From contig CAVYSY010000002.1 in NCBI GenBank assembly GCA_963771175.1, positions 1 to 64,000 on the forward strand: DNA of 64,000 bases. Reading direction: 5' to 3'. The DNA is from an uncultured delta proteobacterium. Its GTDB lineage: Bacteria; Myxococcota; Myxococcia; Myxococcales; Myxococcaceae. Within the stretch, counting starts at the first letter, position 1; each line of letters starts with the position of its first letter. The position numbers and the translations under genes are program-made. Shown here one piece after another: positions 48,786 through 58,635 of the stretch. The notes below the pieces were generated by a model that had not been told where the DNA came from, did no database searches, and saw only the letters and a list, made by a program, of their open reading frames with translations.

Positions 48786-49595
48786 ATGATGCGCGAAGAT
48801 CGATTCCTGCTGTTCATCGACATCCTGGGGTTCTCCGAGCTGGTCAGAACACAAGGGCAGGCGGAGGTCTTCAACACCATCAAGGCGTGCCTGGACGAGT
48901 CTCATGGCTGGGTCGATGGCCAGAGCTTCGCCAGACTCCATTTTTCCGACACCCTCGTCATCTACTCGCGCGAGCCCGGGTTCGATCAAACGCTCTGGGA
49001 CGACTTCGTGGTCATCGCCTCGCGGATGTTCGTGGCTCTGGCAGCCAGGAAGATTCCCACCCGGAGCACCCTCGCCTTCGGCCCCTTCATGGTGCAGAGG
49101 GATGCGCAGAACGGGCACGACCTCTTCTTCGGGGAAGCGCTCGTGGAGGCGGCGGAAACCGAGAAATACACCCCATTCATTGGCACCGCCTTGTGCCCCT
49201 CATTCGTGCAAAAGCACTCGGAGCGGTACATCGCCCATCTCCAAGAAACGCGGCTCCTGGGGCAACTCGATGACGGGCGCTACTACGTCAATCCCCTACG
49301 CCACCTGCAACACTGGCCAGACCCCGAGTGGATTGACTCCTATGCGCTCCAGTTCCCCGGCCGGCTCCACGCGGCTCCCGAGGACACCTATCTCGTGGAG
49401 CAGGAGCTCCTGGCGCTCGACTTCCTCCAGACCCAGGAACACGCCCCACTCCCCGACCGGGTGCTCCTGAAGTACCGGCGGACGATGGACTTCTTCCGGC
49501 GTGTCCTTCGAGCGGGCGCAATCGAGTGGGCCCAGGAAGCCATCGCCGGATTGAAGGCAGGCGAGCGGCAACCTGGCAAGTCCCCCCTGCGGTGA
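48786..49595 (+). CDS. Class III nucleotidyl-cyclase-like domain protein
   Basis: GGGAGA RBS; FIDILGFS and FSDT metal-binding Asp motifs; RSTLAFG; FGEALVEAAETEK. Confidence 0.65.
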   Translation: MMREDRFLLFIDILGFSELVRTQGQAEVFNTIKACLDESHGWVDGQSFARLHFSDTLVIYSREPGFDQTLWDDFVVIASRMFVALAARKIPTRSTLAFGPFMVQRDAQNGHDLFFGEALVEAAETEKYTPFIGTALCPSFVQKHSERYIAHLQETRLLGQLDDGRYYVNPLRHLQHWPDPEWIDSYALQFPGRLHAAPEDTYLVEQELLALDFLQTQEHAPLPDRVLLKYRRTMDFFRRVLRAGAIEWAQEAIAGLKAGERQPGKSPLR

Positions 49596-49632
49596 CTCAT
49601 CGCGCTGGCGCGTCCGGCGAGGAGTGCGGCGT

Positions 49633-50874
49633 ATGCGAATGAAGACTCCCGTGAAGCTGGGGCTGCTCACGAGCCTCTACCTCTCCCAGGGCCTGCCCTT
49701 CGGCTTCTTCACCCAGGCCCTGCCGGTGCTGCTGCGCAAGCAGGGCCTGTCGCTGCCGGCCATCGGTCTGGCGAACCTGCTCGCGCTGCCGTGGGCGCTC
49801 AAGTTCCTCTGGGCGCCGCTGATGGACCGATACGGCTCGGAGCGGCTGGGGCGGCGGCGCGGCTACATCCTCCCGCTGCAGTTCCTCTCGGCGGCGCTGC
49901 TCCTGGGGCTGGCCCTCCCCGAGGGGACAGTGAGCGTGCCGGCCCTTCTGGTGGCGGTGCTGCTCGTCAACCTGCTGGCCGCCACGCAGGACGTGGCCAC
50001 GGACGGGCTCGCGGTGGACCTGCTCGAGTCCGAGGAGCTGCGGCTGGGGCAACGGCGTGCAGGTGGCCGGCTACCGGGTGGGGATGATTCTGGGCGGCGG
50101 GTTGATGCTCATCATCTTCGACGCGCTGGGCTGGCGCCCCACCCTGCTGAGCCTGGGCGCGCTGCTGCTCGTGGCCACGGTGCCAGTGGCGCTCTTCCGC
50201 GAGCCGCCCTCCCCCGCCCCCCGGAGCGAGAGCGTGAACATGGCCCACTGGCTCCGCGAGTCCCTGCTGTACTGGGTGCGCCGCCCCGGCGCGGGCGCGT
50301 GGTTCACCCTGCTCGTCCTCTTCAAGGCGGGCGAGCACCTGCGCCACGGGCATGCTGCGCACCTTCCTCGTCGACGTCGGGGCTGGGCCTGTCCGAGGTG
50401 GGCTGGATGCTCGGGTTCGTGGGCTTCACCACGGGGCTCGTCGGCGCGCTGCTCGGAGGGGCGCTCGTCCACCGGCTGGGGCGACGGCGGGCGCTGCTCG
50501 TCTTCGGCATCCTGCAGGCCGGGGCGGTGCTCCTCTACGCGATGGCCGCGCGCGGGGCCTCCTTGCCGGTGCTCGCGCTCGTCTGCGGCGTGGAGCACCT
50601 GACGAGCGGCATGGCCACCGCCGCCCTCTTCACGGTGATGATGGAGATGTGCCGCCCGGAGCACGCCGCCACCGACTACACGGTGCAGGCCTCGCTCGTC
50701 GTGGTGGCCACCGGAGCGGCCGCGGCCGTGAGTGGATTCAGCGCCCAGGCGCTCGGCTACGCGTGGCACTTCACGCTCTCGGCGGTCGTCTGCGCCGTGG
50801 CCGTGGCCTGGGTGGCATTCACCTTCCATCCGCCCCGGACGCTCGTGTCCAGGGGACAACCGGAGGTGTCGTGA
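49633..50874 (+). CDS. MFS transporter, AmpG/PAT family (compensating frameshifts)
   Basis: YLSQGLPFGF, LPWALKFLWAPLMD, ATQDVATDG, ATDYTVQAS. Confidence 0.88.
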   Translation: MRMKTPVKLGLLTSLYLSQGLPFGFFTQALPVLLRKQGLSLPAIGLANLLALPWALKFLWAPLMDRYGSERLGRRRGYILPLQFLSAALLLGLALPEGTVSVPALLVAVLLVNLLAATQDVATDGLAVDLLESEELRLGQRRAGGRLPGGDDSGRRVDAHHLRRAGLAPHPAEPGRAAARGHGASGALPRAALPRPPEREREHGPLAPRVPAVLGAPPRRGRVVHPARPLQGGRAPAPRACCAPSSSTSGLGLSEVGWMLGFVGFTTGLVGALLGGALVHRLGRRRALLVFGILQAGAVLLYAMAARGASLPVLALVCGVEHLTSGMATAALFTVMMEMCRPEHAATDYTVQASLVVVATGAAAAVSGFSAQALGYAWHFTLSAVVCAVAVAWVAFTFHPPRTLVSRGQPEVS

Positions 50875-51369
50875 TGACCATCGCCGTCTATGCCGGCAGC
50901 TTCGACCCGGTGACCGCTGGCCACCTCTCCGTCATCCGTCAGGCCGCGCGCCTCTTCGGCCACGTGGTGGTGGTGGTGGCCATCAACCCCGAGAAGCGCA
51001 CCCTCCTCACCGTGGCCGAGCGCGTGGAGTTGCTGCGCGACGTGGTGGCGCTCCACCCCAACGTCACCGTGGCCAGCACGGAGGGGCTCATCGTGGACTA
51101 CGCGCGAGCCATCGGCGCGAGCGTGCTGCTGCGCGGGAGTGCGCGGCGCCACGGATGCCCAGTTCGAGACGACGCTGGCCCAGGCCAACCGCGCGCTCGC
51201 CCCGGACCTCTCCACCCTGTTCCTCCCCGCCGAGGCCCACCTCGCCGAGGTGAGCAGCAGCCGACTCAAGGAGCGGCTGGAGCGCGGCGAGGATGTTTCG
51301 GACTTCTGCCCACCGGCGGTCGCGGCGAAGCTGCGGCAACGACTGTCCCCCTCCTTTCGGAGCCCGTGA
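50874..51369 (+). CDS. coaD: Pantetheine-phosphate adenylyltransferase (CoaD-like; one frameshift)
   Basis: AVYAGSFDPVTAGH, NPEK, LLRG.RG..D..FE, VSSS. Confidence 0.8.
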
Positions 51370-52115
51370 TGAGCCTGTCTTTCGTCACCCTCGGCGTTGG
51401 CGATGCCTTCTCCGCGCTGCACTACTCCTCGTGCCTGGCGCTCGAAGCCGAGGGCCAGGTGCTGTTGGTGGACTGCCCGCACCCCATCCGCAAGATGATG
51501 CGCGAGGCCAGCCTGAGCGCGGGCGTGGAGCTGGACGCGGACCGCGTGTCGGGCCTCGTCCTCACCCACCTGCACGCGGACCACAGCTCGGGCGTGGAGG
51601 GGCTCGGCTACTTCTCCTTCTTCGTGCTGAAGCGGAAGCTCCAGATGCTCGCCCACCCGGACGTGGCGCACCGGCTCTGGGACGGGCACCTCGCCGCGGG
51701 CATGGAGGACCTCATCCGCAAGCCCGGAGGCGAGCCCCAGCGGCATGGTTTCGAGGACTACTTCGATTACCGCCCGCTCTCCACCGAGACGGCCGTGCGC
51801 TTCGGGCCCTTCAACATCGAGTGCCGCCGCACATACCACCACGTGCCCACCACGGCCCTGCGCATCCGCGCCGGAGGACGCAGCCTGGGCTACAGCGCGG
51901 ACACCGCCTTCGACGAGGGCCTCATCGCATGGCTCGCCGAGGCGGACCTCGTGGTGCACGAGACGAACTACGGCGTCCACACGCCCTACGAGAAGCTGGC
52001 CGCGCTGCCCGCGGACCTGCGCGCGAAGATGCGGCTCATCCACTACCCGGATGACTTCGCCCTCGACACGAGCGCCATCGAGCCGCTCGCCCAGGGGCGC
52101 CGCTACACGGTGTGA
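51369..52115 (+). CDS. MBL-fold metallohydrolase (RNase Z/phosphodiesterase-like)
   Basis: LGVGDAF, LTHLHADH, HHVP, YSADT, HE, H, LIHY. Confidence 0.9.
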   Translation: MSLSFVTLGVGDAFSALHYSSCLALEAEGQVLLVDCPHPIRKMMREASLSAGVELDADRVSGLVLTHLHADHSSGVEGLGYFSFFVLKRKLQMLAHPDVAHRLWDGHLAAGMEDLIRKPGGEPQRHGFEDYFDYRPLSTETAVRFGPFNIECRRTYHHVPTTALRIRAGGRSLGYSADTAFDEGLIAWLAEADLVVHETNYGVHTPYEKLAALPADLRAKMRLIHYPDDFALDTSAIEPLAQGRRYTV

Positions 52116-52247
52116 ACCGCCCCCCGACCTCTCGCACCCAGGGCAAGAAGGCGGGCAGCCCTTGTCACACCGCGTCACGTGCGCGTCACGCGAAAGGATG
52201 CACATCCCCAACGGACGTGGGAGATTCGACTCCCCAGCGAACCTCAC

Positions 52248-53915
52248 ATGTCCTTTCCGTTCCGTCTGCTCCCGAGCCCCCTGGCCTCGTCCCTGGCTGC
52301 ACTGCTCCTCGCTGGCTGCGCCACGCTGCCATGGAGCACCCCCGCCCCTTCCCCGGACTCGGAGTCCAAGCCCGACGCGGCCTCCGAGTCCGAAGCGGAC
52401 GACGAGCCCACCGTCACCCTGTCGCTGCTGCACGTCAATGACGTGTACCAGTTCACCCCGGTGGACAACGGAGAGCATGGCGGGTTGGCGCGGCTGTCCA
52501 CGCTGCGCAAGCAGGTGCTCGCGGAGACTCCGAACACGCTGTTCCTGCTGGCCGGTGACACGCTGTCGCCCTCGGTGGAATCCACCTTCCACAAGGGCAA
52601 GCAGATGATCGACGCGTGGAACGCCCTGGGCCTGGACTTCGCGGTGCTGGGCAACCACGAGTTCGACTTCGGCCCGGACGTGCTGCGCCAGCGCATGCGG
52701 GAGTCCCGCTTCACGTGGCTGGGCGCCAACGTGATGGACAAGCAGACGAACCGCGCCTTCGGGGACACCCCGCCCTTCGTCATCCGCGACGTGGGGGGGG
52801 TGAAGGTGGGCATCTTCGGGGTGCTGCTGGGCAAGACGCGCTACAGCTCCAAGCCGGGGTCGGACGTGTACTTCGTGGACTCGTGCCTCAAGGCGCGCGA
52901 GCTGGTGCCGCAGATGCGGGCGCAGGGCGCGCAGATCATCGTCGCCCTCACGCACCTGCTCGTGGCCGAGGACAAGGTGCTCGCCCGCTGCGCCCCCATC
53001 GACCTCATCATCGGGGGCCATGAGCACGTGATGATGCAGGCGGTGTCCAACGGCACGCCCATCGTGAAGATGTCGTCCGAGGCGCGCGAGCTGGGGCGAG
53101 TCACCCTGCACGTGGGCACCCAGAGCCACAAGCTCAAGAGCATGGATTTCGACGTGCTGCCGGTGACGCCCGCGGTGCCGGAGGATCCGGCCTTCGTCGC
53201 CACCATGCGTGAGTACGACGCACTGCTGGCCGAGCTCTCCCAGCCCCTGGGCCGCACCTCCGTGTCCCTGGACGCGATGGAGGAGTCCAACCGCGTCCAC
53301 GAGACGAACCTGGCCTCCTTCATCGCGGACGCCTACCGCAAGGCCGCCGGCGCCGAGGTGGCGCTGCTCAACGGTGGCTCCATCCGCTCGGACTCGGTGG
53401 TGAGGCCGGGCCCGCTCACCCAGCGTGACGTGCTGGCCATCCACCCCTTTCCGGGCTCGGTGGTGAGCATCGAGGTGACGGGCGCGGCGCTGCGTCAGGC
53501 ACTCGAGCACGGCGTCAGCCGCAGCGCCGAGGAGACGGGTCCGGGCCGCTTCCCCCAGGTCTCCGGCATGCAGTACGCCTTCGACGTGTGCCGGCCCGTA
53601 GGGGACCGCATCGTGCGCGTCACCGTGAATGGCCAGCCGCTCGACCCGAAGCGGACATACACGCTCGCCACCAACTCGTACATGGCGGTCGGGGGCGACG
53701 GGTACACCATGTTCAAGGGCGCGAAGTACCGCGTCCCGGCCGACAAGGGCCGCTCCACGCAAGACGTGCTGCGCGATGCCTTCGCCTCCGCCGAGGCCAT
53801 TGCCCCCACCACGGACGGCCGCATCGAGCGGCTGCGCGGCGGCGTGCGCGACGTGGCGAAGAAGGACGACAAGGACGCCCCGACCTGCCCCACCGAGGCG
53901 CAGGCGGCGCAGTAA
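52248..53915 (+). CDS. Lipoprotein bifunctional metallophosphatase/5'-nucleotidase
   Basis: LLAG-C lipobox; HVNDVY, AGD, GNHEFDFG, LTH, GGHEH, NGGSIR, QVSG, GGDGY. Confidence 0.93.
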   Translation: MSFPFRLLPSPLASSLAALLLAGCATLPWSTPAPSPDSESKPDAASESEADDEPTVTLSLLHVNDVYQFTPVDNGEHGGLARLSTLRKQVLAETPNTLFLLAGDTLSPSVESTFHKGKQMIDAWNALGLDFAVLGNHEFDFGPDVLRQRMRESRFTWLGANVMDKQTNRAFGDTPPFVIRDVGGVKVGIFGVLLGKTRYSSKPGSDVYFVDSCLKARELVPQMRAQGAQIIVALTHLLVAEDKVLARCAPIDLIIGGHEHVMMQAVSNGTPIVKMSSEARELGRVTLHVGTQSHKLKSMDFDVLPVTPAVPEDPAFVATMREYDALLAELSQPLGRTSVSLDAMEESNRVHETNLASFIADAYRKAAGAEVALLNGGSIRSDSVVRPGPLTQRDVLAIHPFPGSVVSIEVTGAALRQALEHGVSRSAEETGPGRFPQVSGMQYAFDVCRPVGDRIVRVTVNGQPLDPKRTYTLATNSYMAVGGDGYTMFKGAKYRVPADKGRSTQDVLRDAFASAEAIAPTTDGRIERLRGGVRDVAKKDDKDAPTCPTEAQAAQ

Positions 53916-53957
53916 CCGTGTCTGATCCCGTTTCCCGTTGGGAGAGGGTTGGGGTGC

Positions 53958-54332
53958 TCATGCTCCTCGGGGGTGAAGGCGTGTACCCGTAGAGCCGGAA
54001 GATGTCCTCCGCGTAGTACCCGGCTCCAGCGCGAGGCTGCCGTTCATGGCCTCATCACAGAACAGCAACGGCGCGGAGGGCGGCGCGAGGGAGCGGAACC
54101 AGAGCGCGAACTCGGCGACGTCCCAGAGGTCCCCCTCGAAGAAGACGCCCTGGCCCTGGTGGAACAGGGAGCCCCACAGCTCGGAGTGGGTCATCTTCAG
54201 CTTGAAGCGCAGGCTCTCGCTGTCGGGCCCGCTCACTTCCTGGAGGGTGGCGTCCGGCCAATGGGAGCGCAGGTGGCGGGCAGCTCTGGGCGAGGTCCGC
54301 CACTCCGATTTGGAAAGAACGAGGTAGTCCAT
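53958..54332 (-). CDS. Putative immunity protein of the upstream toxin
   Basis: GAGGA RBS plus ATG (MDYLVLS...) immediately after the toxin domain; about 120 aa. Confidence 0.6.
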   Translation of the reverse strand: MDYLVLSKSEWRTSPRAARHLRSHWPDATLQEVSGPDSESLRFKLKMTHSELWGSLFHQGQGVFFEGDLWDVAEFALWFRSLAPPSAPLLFCDEAMNGSLALEPGTTRRTSSGSTGTRLHPRGA

Positions 54333-55389
54333 GGAGTCCTCGACTGGTCGGACGACGACCCGACCGGGGATGCCCAGCTCGTGCATGAGCAGCTCGAAGA
54401 AAGGGGCCGCCCGAGCATCGTTGACGATGATCTCCAGCCCGACGGCAGGGGTCTCCGGATCTCCGATGACGGCCGCGTATCGCTTGAGCTGGATACGCTC
54501 CTTCTCCCGGATCATCGAGCGGATGAACTCCTCGCACGTCGACCCTGCGATGAAGGGACTCGAGTCCGGCTTCTCGACGTGCTTGACCTCCAGCAGGTGG
54601 GCGTTGTCCATCCGAGCACCGTCCGCCCAGATCTCCTCACCGCCTCCCCTGACGAGAACCTCCTGCTTGCCAGCCCGAGCCGCCTGGTAGTCCAGCGCGG
54701 GCGTCCTGCCATTGACGGCTCTCTTCTGCGAGCCGGCAATCCACGACGCGAAGGCCTTCAGGTCGAGCCCCTTGAACGGACGCATGATGACGGAGGCCAA
54801 CGCAGGCGCTCTCGTCGAAGCCTCGGACCCGAGAGCAGGAGTGCCATGGGGTGTCGCTGGCTGCAGGGGAGCCGAAGGAGGTCGCTGATGGAGCTTCGCT
54901 GCCACCTTCTTGGTCAGGATGAAGGTGACGACGTTGACGCCTGCCAGGGAAATGGCGCGTGCCAGATGGGTGGCGGCAGCCTTCAGTTCCGCCCGGCTCC
55001 GTGCACCTATCGAGAGATTCGCATACTCCCACAGCGCTCGTGACAGGTCCGCGGCCTGGGCCGCAAGCAGCGACCACCCCCAAGGTGAGCAGGGTCCCAT
55101 CGACGGCCTGTCCGACGATGGGAACGCCTTGAGTCCCGAGCCAGGCGGCGCTGAGCGCGGTCATCGCCGCGAGGTTCTCGGGGGTGAGCATGGCCTGGAC
55201 TTCCGCCGACGCGGCATCCGGAACCTGCCCGAGAGCGAGAACGAATGACCGGCACAGCTTCTCCGAATGGGCCATCTGCTCGACGGGGGCCGAAGCCGGC
55301 TTGCAGAGGGCGTCCTCCACGGAGTTGGCCGAGGCCGGCAGGGCCAGCCCCAGACACAGAAGGAAGGTGAAGACCCTCAAGAACGCCAC
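54333..55389 (-). CDS. Secreted polymorphic toxin with a C-terminal restriction-endonuclease-fold domain (Tox-REase-2-like); frameshifted
   Basis: Signal peptide (FTFLLCLGLALPASA), hydrophobic helices, WADG...LLEVKH PD-(D/E)xK-like motif, RYAAVIGDP..GLEII. Confidence 0.7.
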
Positions 55390-55578
55390 CCCGCCCGCCG
55401 CCAGATGTCCCCGACCTGTACGCTTCCAAGCAAGCTCACGCTCAAGCCGCTCAGAGGTGCCTCGTAGAACCCGGGCTCCATTCCCTCCGCCCCGCAGGAG
55501 CTGAAGCCGTACCAGGAATGCGTCCGCCATGCGGCGGGAGTGTAGAGGGCTGTCGACGGAGAAACCAACTACCCCTAC

Positions 55579-56349
55579 TCAGGCCCAACCGCGCAGCCAG
55601 TACACCCAGCGCCCGAAGAGCTCGCGCAGGGCGTCCGTCCCCGCCGACAGGTTGGACGCCCGGGGCTGCCACCATGCGCCGCGCGGGTGCCACTCGTGCG
55701 CGCGCACGTCCACCACCAGCGTGTCCGGCTTCAGCCCCACCGCCTGGAAGGTGCCGAGCGCCCGCGGCATGTGCGCCGCGCTCGTCACCAGCAGCAGCTT
55801 CGTCCAGCCCTTCTCCCGGATGATGCGCTCCGCCTCCAGCGCGTTCTCCCTCGTGTTGCGGCTGCGCCCCTCGGTGACGATGTGCTCGGGTTCAATCCCC
55901 CACAGCCGGAGCTGCCGCGCCATCACGTCCGACTCCACCAGCGCCCCCGGCCGCGTGTCCAGCGTGCCTCCCACGAGGAACACCTGGCGCGCCCGTCCGT
56001 CCCGCAGCACCTCGAACCCGCGGAGGATGCGCTCCACCGCGGGGCCGTACTCGGGCAGGCCCGAGCGCTCGGTGGCGTCCGCGTCCACCGCTCCGCCCAG
56101 CACGATGACGGCGTCATAGACGATGTCCGGCCGGTACGTGGACACCGCCCCCGCCTCCACCCACTGCTGCAGGCCATTGGCCACCGGCTCGGTGGAGAAG
56201 GCGTAGAGCACCAGCAGCCCGAGCCCCTGCAGCCCCACCGCCAGCCGTGCCCGCCGATGGCGCAGCAACAGCCCCACCATCACCAGCAACAGTCCCCAGG
56301 AGAGCGGGGCGAGCAGCAGGTCCAGCAACTTCGACAGGAAGACGAACAC
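55579..56349 (-). CDS. YdcF/DUF218 (ElyC-like) family protein
   Basis: IVLGG, SRNTRENA, LVTSAAHMPRA. Confidence 0.9.
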   Translation of the reverse strand: MFVFLSKLLDLLLAPLSWGLLLVMVGLLLRHRRARLAVGLQGLGLLVLYAFSTEPVANGLQQWVEAGAVSTYRPDIVYDAVIVLGGAVDADATERSGLPEYGPAVERILRGFEVLRDGRARQVFLVGGTLDTRPGALVESDVMARQLRLWGIEPEHIVTEGRSRNTRENALEAERIIREKGWTKLLLVTSAAHMPRALGTFQAVGLKPDTLVVDVRAHEWHPRGAWWQPRASNLSAGTDALRELFGRWVYWLRGWA

Positions 56350-56355
56350 GCCGCG

Positions 56356-57202
56356 CTACCGCTCGCCCCAGTGGAGCTTCTGCCGGAGGATGGTGAAGTA
56401 GCCCATCCGGGTGTTGCGCACGAGGTTGACCCGGTTGGGCGAGCGCACCACCTCGATGACGTCGTCGCACTGCAGGCTGTGGCCCGTCTGCCCGTCCAGG
56501 GTGAGGAAGGTGTCCGCCGTCTCGCTGCGCAGGGCGATGCGGATGGTGCGGTCCGCCGGCACCACGATGGGCCGGTGCGTGAGCGCGTGCGAGCAGATGG
56601 GCGTGAGCACCGTGCAGTCCACCGAGGGGTGGACGATGGGCCCTCCCGCCGATAGCGAGTACGCGGTGGAGCCGGTGGGCGTGGCCAGGATGACGCCGTC
56701 CGCCTTGTACGTGGCGATGGGCACGCCCTCGATGGACACCTCGTGGTCCGCGATGCGCGCCAGCGCGCCCTTGTTGATGACCACGTCGTTGAGGACCTCG
56801 TCCTCCACCATGACCCGGCCCTCGCGCACCAGCCGGCAGGCGAGCTTCATCCGCGAGTCCACCTTGAACCGGCCGGCGAGCACCTCGTCCAGCGAGGAGA
56901 ACAGCTCCTCCACGGGAATCTCGGTCATGAAGCCCAGGCTGCCCAGGTTGACGCCCAGCATGCGGCGTGGGGCGCCCCCGAGCAGCCGCGCGGCGTGGAT
57001 GAGGGTGCCATCCCCGCCCAGCACCACCACCAGCTCCGCCCGGGCGGCCAGCTCGCGATCCTCCAGCCGGGGCCAGCCGAGCGCGTGCGGCCAGGAGCCG
57101 GTCCCCCAGTACCTCCAGCGAGGAGTAGCGCTCCCGGATTCGCGCGGCGAGCTCCGCCGCCTCGGGCTTGTCCTTCTTCGCAACGAGCACCAGGGTCTGC
57201 AC
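56356..57202 (-). CDS. nadK: NAD kinase (frameshift near the 5' end)
   Basis: LGGDGT, GVNLGSLGF, LND, TPTGSTAYSLSAGGP. Confidence 0.95.
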
Positions 57203-57303
57203 GATAAGCCGAGGTTCTAGTCCAGGCGGCCAGGGGTGCGCTGGACGAAATGGACCCTTCGATGACCCTGTGACAGGTGGGACCCGGACGGCAGAATTCC
57301 CCC

Positions 57304-58635
57304 ATGGACCTCTTCGAACATGCCAGCCAGAAGGACGAGGCCGCCCTGGCCCCTCTGGCGGAGCGGATGCGTCCCACCCGCCTGGAGGAGTTCGTCGGGC
57401 AGGAGCACCTGACGGGCGAGGGTCGCTTCCTGCGCCGGGCCATCCAGCATGACCAGGTGCCCTCGCTCATCCTCTGGGGCCCCCCGGGGACGGGCAAGAC
57501 GACACTCGCCCACCTGATCGCCCGCTCCACGGGTGCCGCCTTCGATTCGCTCTCCGCCGTGCTCTCCGGCGTGAAGGACATCCGCGAGACGGTGGCCCGG
57601 GCCCAGGAGCGCTGGAAGATGAACCGCCAGCGCACCATCCTCTTCGTGGACGAAATCCACCGCTTCAACAAGGGGCAGCAGGACGCGCTGCTGCCCCACG
57701 TGGAGAAGGGCACCGTCACCCTCATCGGCGCCACCACGGAGAACCCGTCCTTCGAGCTGAACGCCGCCCTCCTCTCCCGCGCGCGCGTCGTCACCCTGCG
57801 CGGGCTGGAGGAGGAGGAGTTGGTGGCGCTGCTGCACCGGGCCGTGGCGGACCCGAAGGGACTGGGCGGCAAGGTGCAGGTGGACGAGGAGGCCCTGACG
57901 TTCATCGTCCAGGCCTCGGGAGGGGACGCGCGCAAGTCGCTCACCGCGCTGGAGGCGGCGGCGGCGCACGGCGGCACCCGGGTGGACAAGGCCATCGCCG
58001 AGGAGGCCCTGCAGCACAAGGCGCTCCTCTACGACAAGGCCGGCGAGGAGCACTACAACGTCGTCAGCGCCTTCATCAAATCCATGCGCGGCTCGGACGT
58101 GGACGCGGCGCTCTACTGGATGACGCGCATGCTGGAGGCGGGCGAGGATCCCGTCTTCATCTTCCGGCGCATGGTCATCTTCGCCTCGGAGGACATCGGC
58201 AACGCGGACCCGAGGGCGCTGGGCGTGGCGGTGGATGCGCTCCGGGCCTTCGAGCTGATGGGCCTGCCCGAGGGCACGCTGCCCCTCACCCAGGCGGTGA
58301 CGTACCTGGCGCTGGCGCCCAAGTCGAACGCGGTGCTCACCGCGTACGCCGCGGCGCGCGCCGCCGTCACCGAGGGAGGGCCGCTGCCCGTGCCCATGCA
58401 CCTGCGCAACGCCCCCACGAAGATGATGAAGTCGCTCGGCTACGGCGCCGGCTACAAGTACCCGCACAACTTCGAGGGCAACTACGTCCCCGAGGACTAC
58501 CTCCCCGACGCCCTGCGCGGCCGGCGCTTCTACCAGCCCACGCACAACGGCTTCGAGCACGAGCTGGCCGAGCGCTACGAGGACATCCAACGCCAGCTCG
58601 AGGGCCGCACCCGCGAGCCGGGCGAGGAAGGCTAG
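57304..58635 (+). CDS. rarA: Replication-associated recombination protein A
   Basis: [48 protein letters not shown]. Confidence 0.95.
   Translation: MDLFEHASQKDEAALAPLAERMRPTRLEEFVGQEHLTGEGRFLRRAIQHDQVPSLILWGPPGTGKTTLAHLIARSTGAAFDSLSAVLSGVKDIRETVARAQERWKMNRQRTILFVDEIHRFNKGQQDALLPHVEKGTVTLIGATTENPSFELNAALLSRARVVTLRGLEEEELVALLHRAVADPKGLGGKVQVDEEALTFIVQASGGDARKSLTALEAAAAHGGTRVDKAIAEEALQHKALLYDKAGEEHYNVVSAFIKSMRGSDVDAALYWMTRMLEAGEDPVFIFRRMVIFASEDIGNADPRALGVAVDALRAFELMGLPEGTLPLTQAVTYLALAPKSNAVLTAYAAARAAVTEGGPLPVPMHLRNAPTKMMKSLGYGAGYKYPHNFEGNYVPEDYLPDALRGRRFYQPTHNGFEHELAERYEDIQRQLEGRTREPGEEG

Noticed and set aside
50757..53762. Very long antisense or alternative-frame ORFs (also 9132-11945, 16632-18047, 23177-24826, 57217-58590)
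   Set aside because: Shadow ORFs of GC-rich genes; Arg/Gly/Ala-rich with no motifs, overlapping well-supported genes
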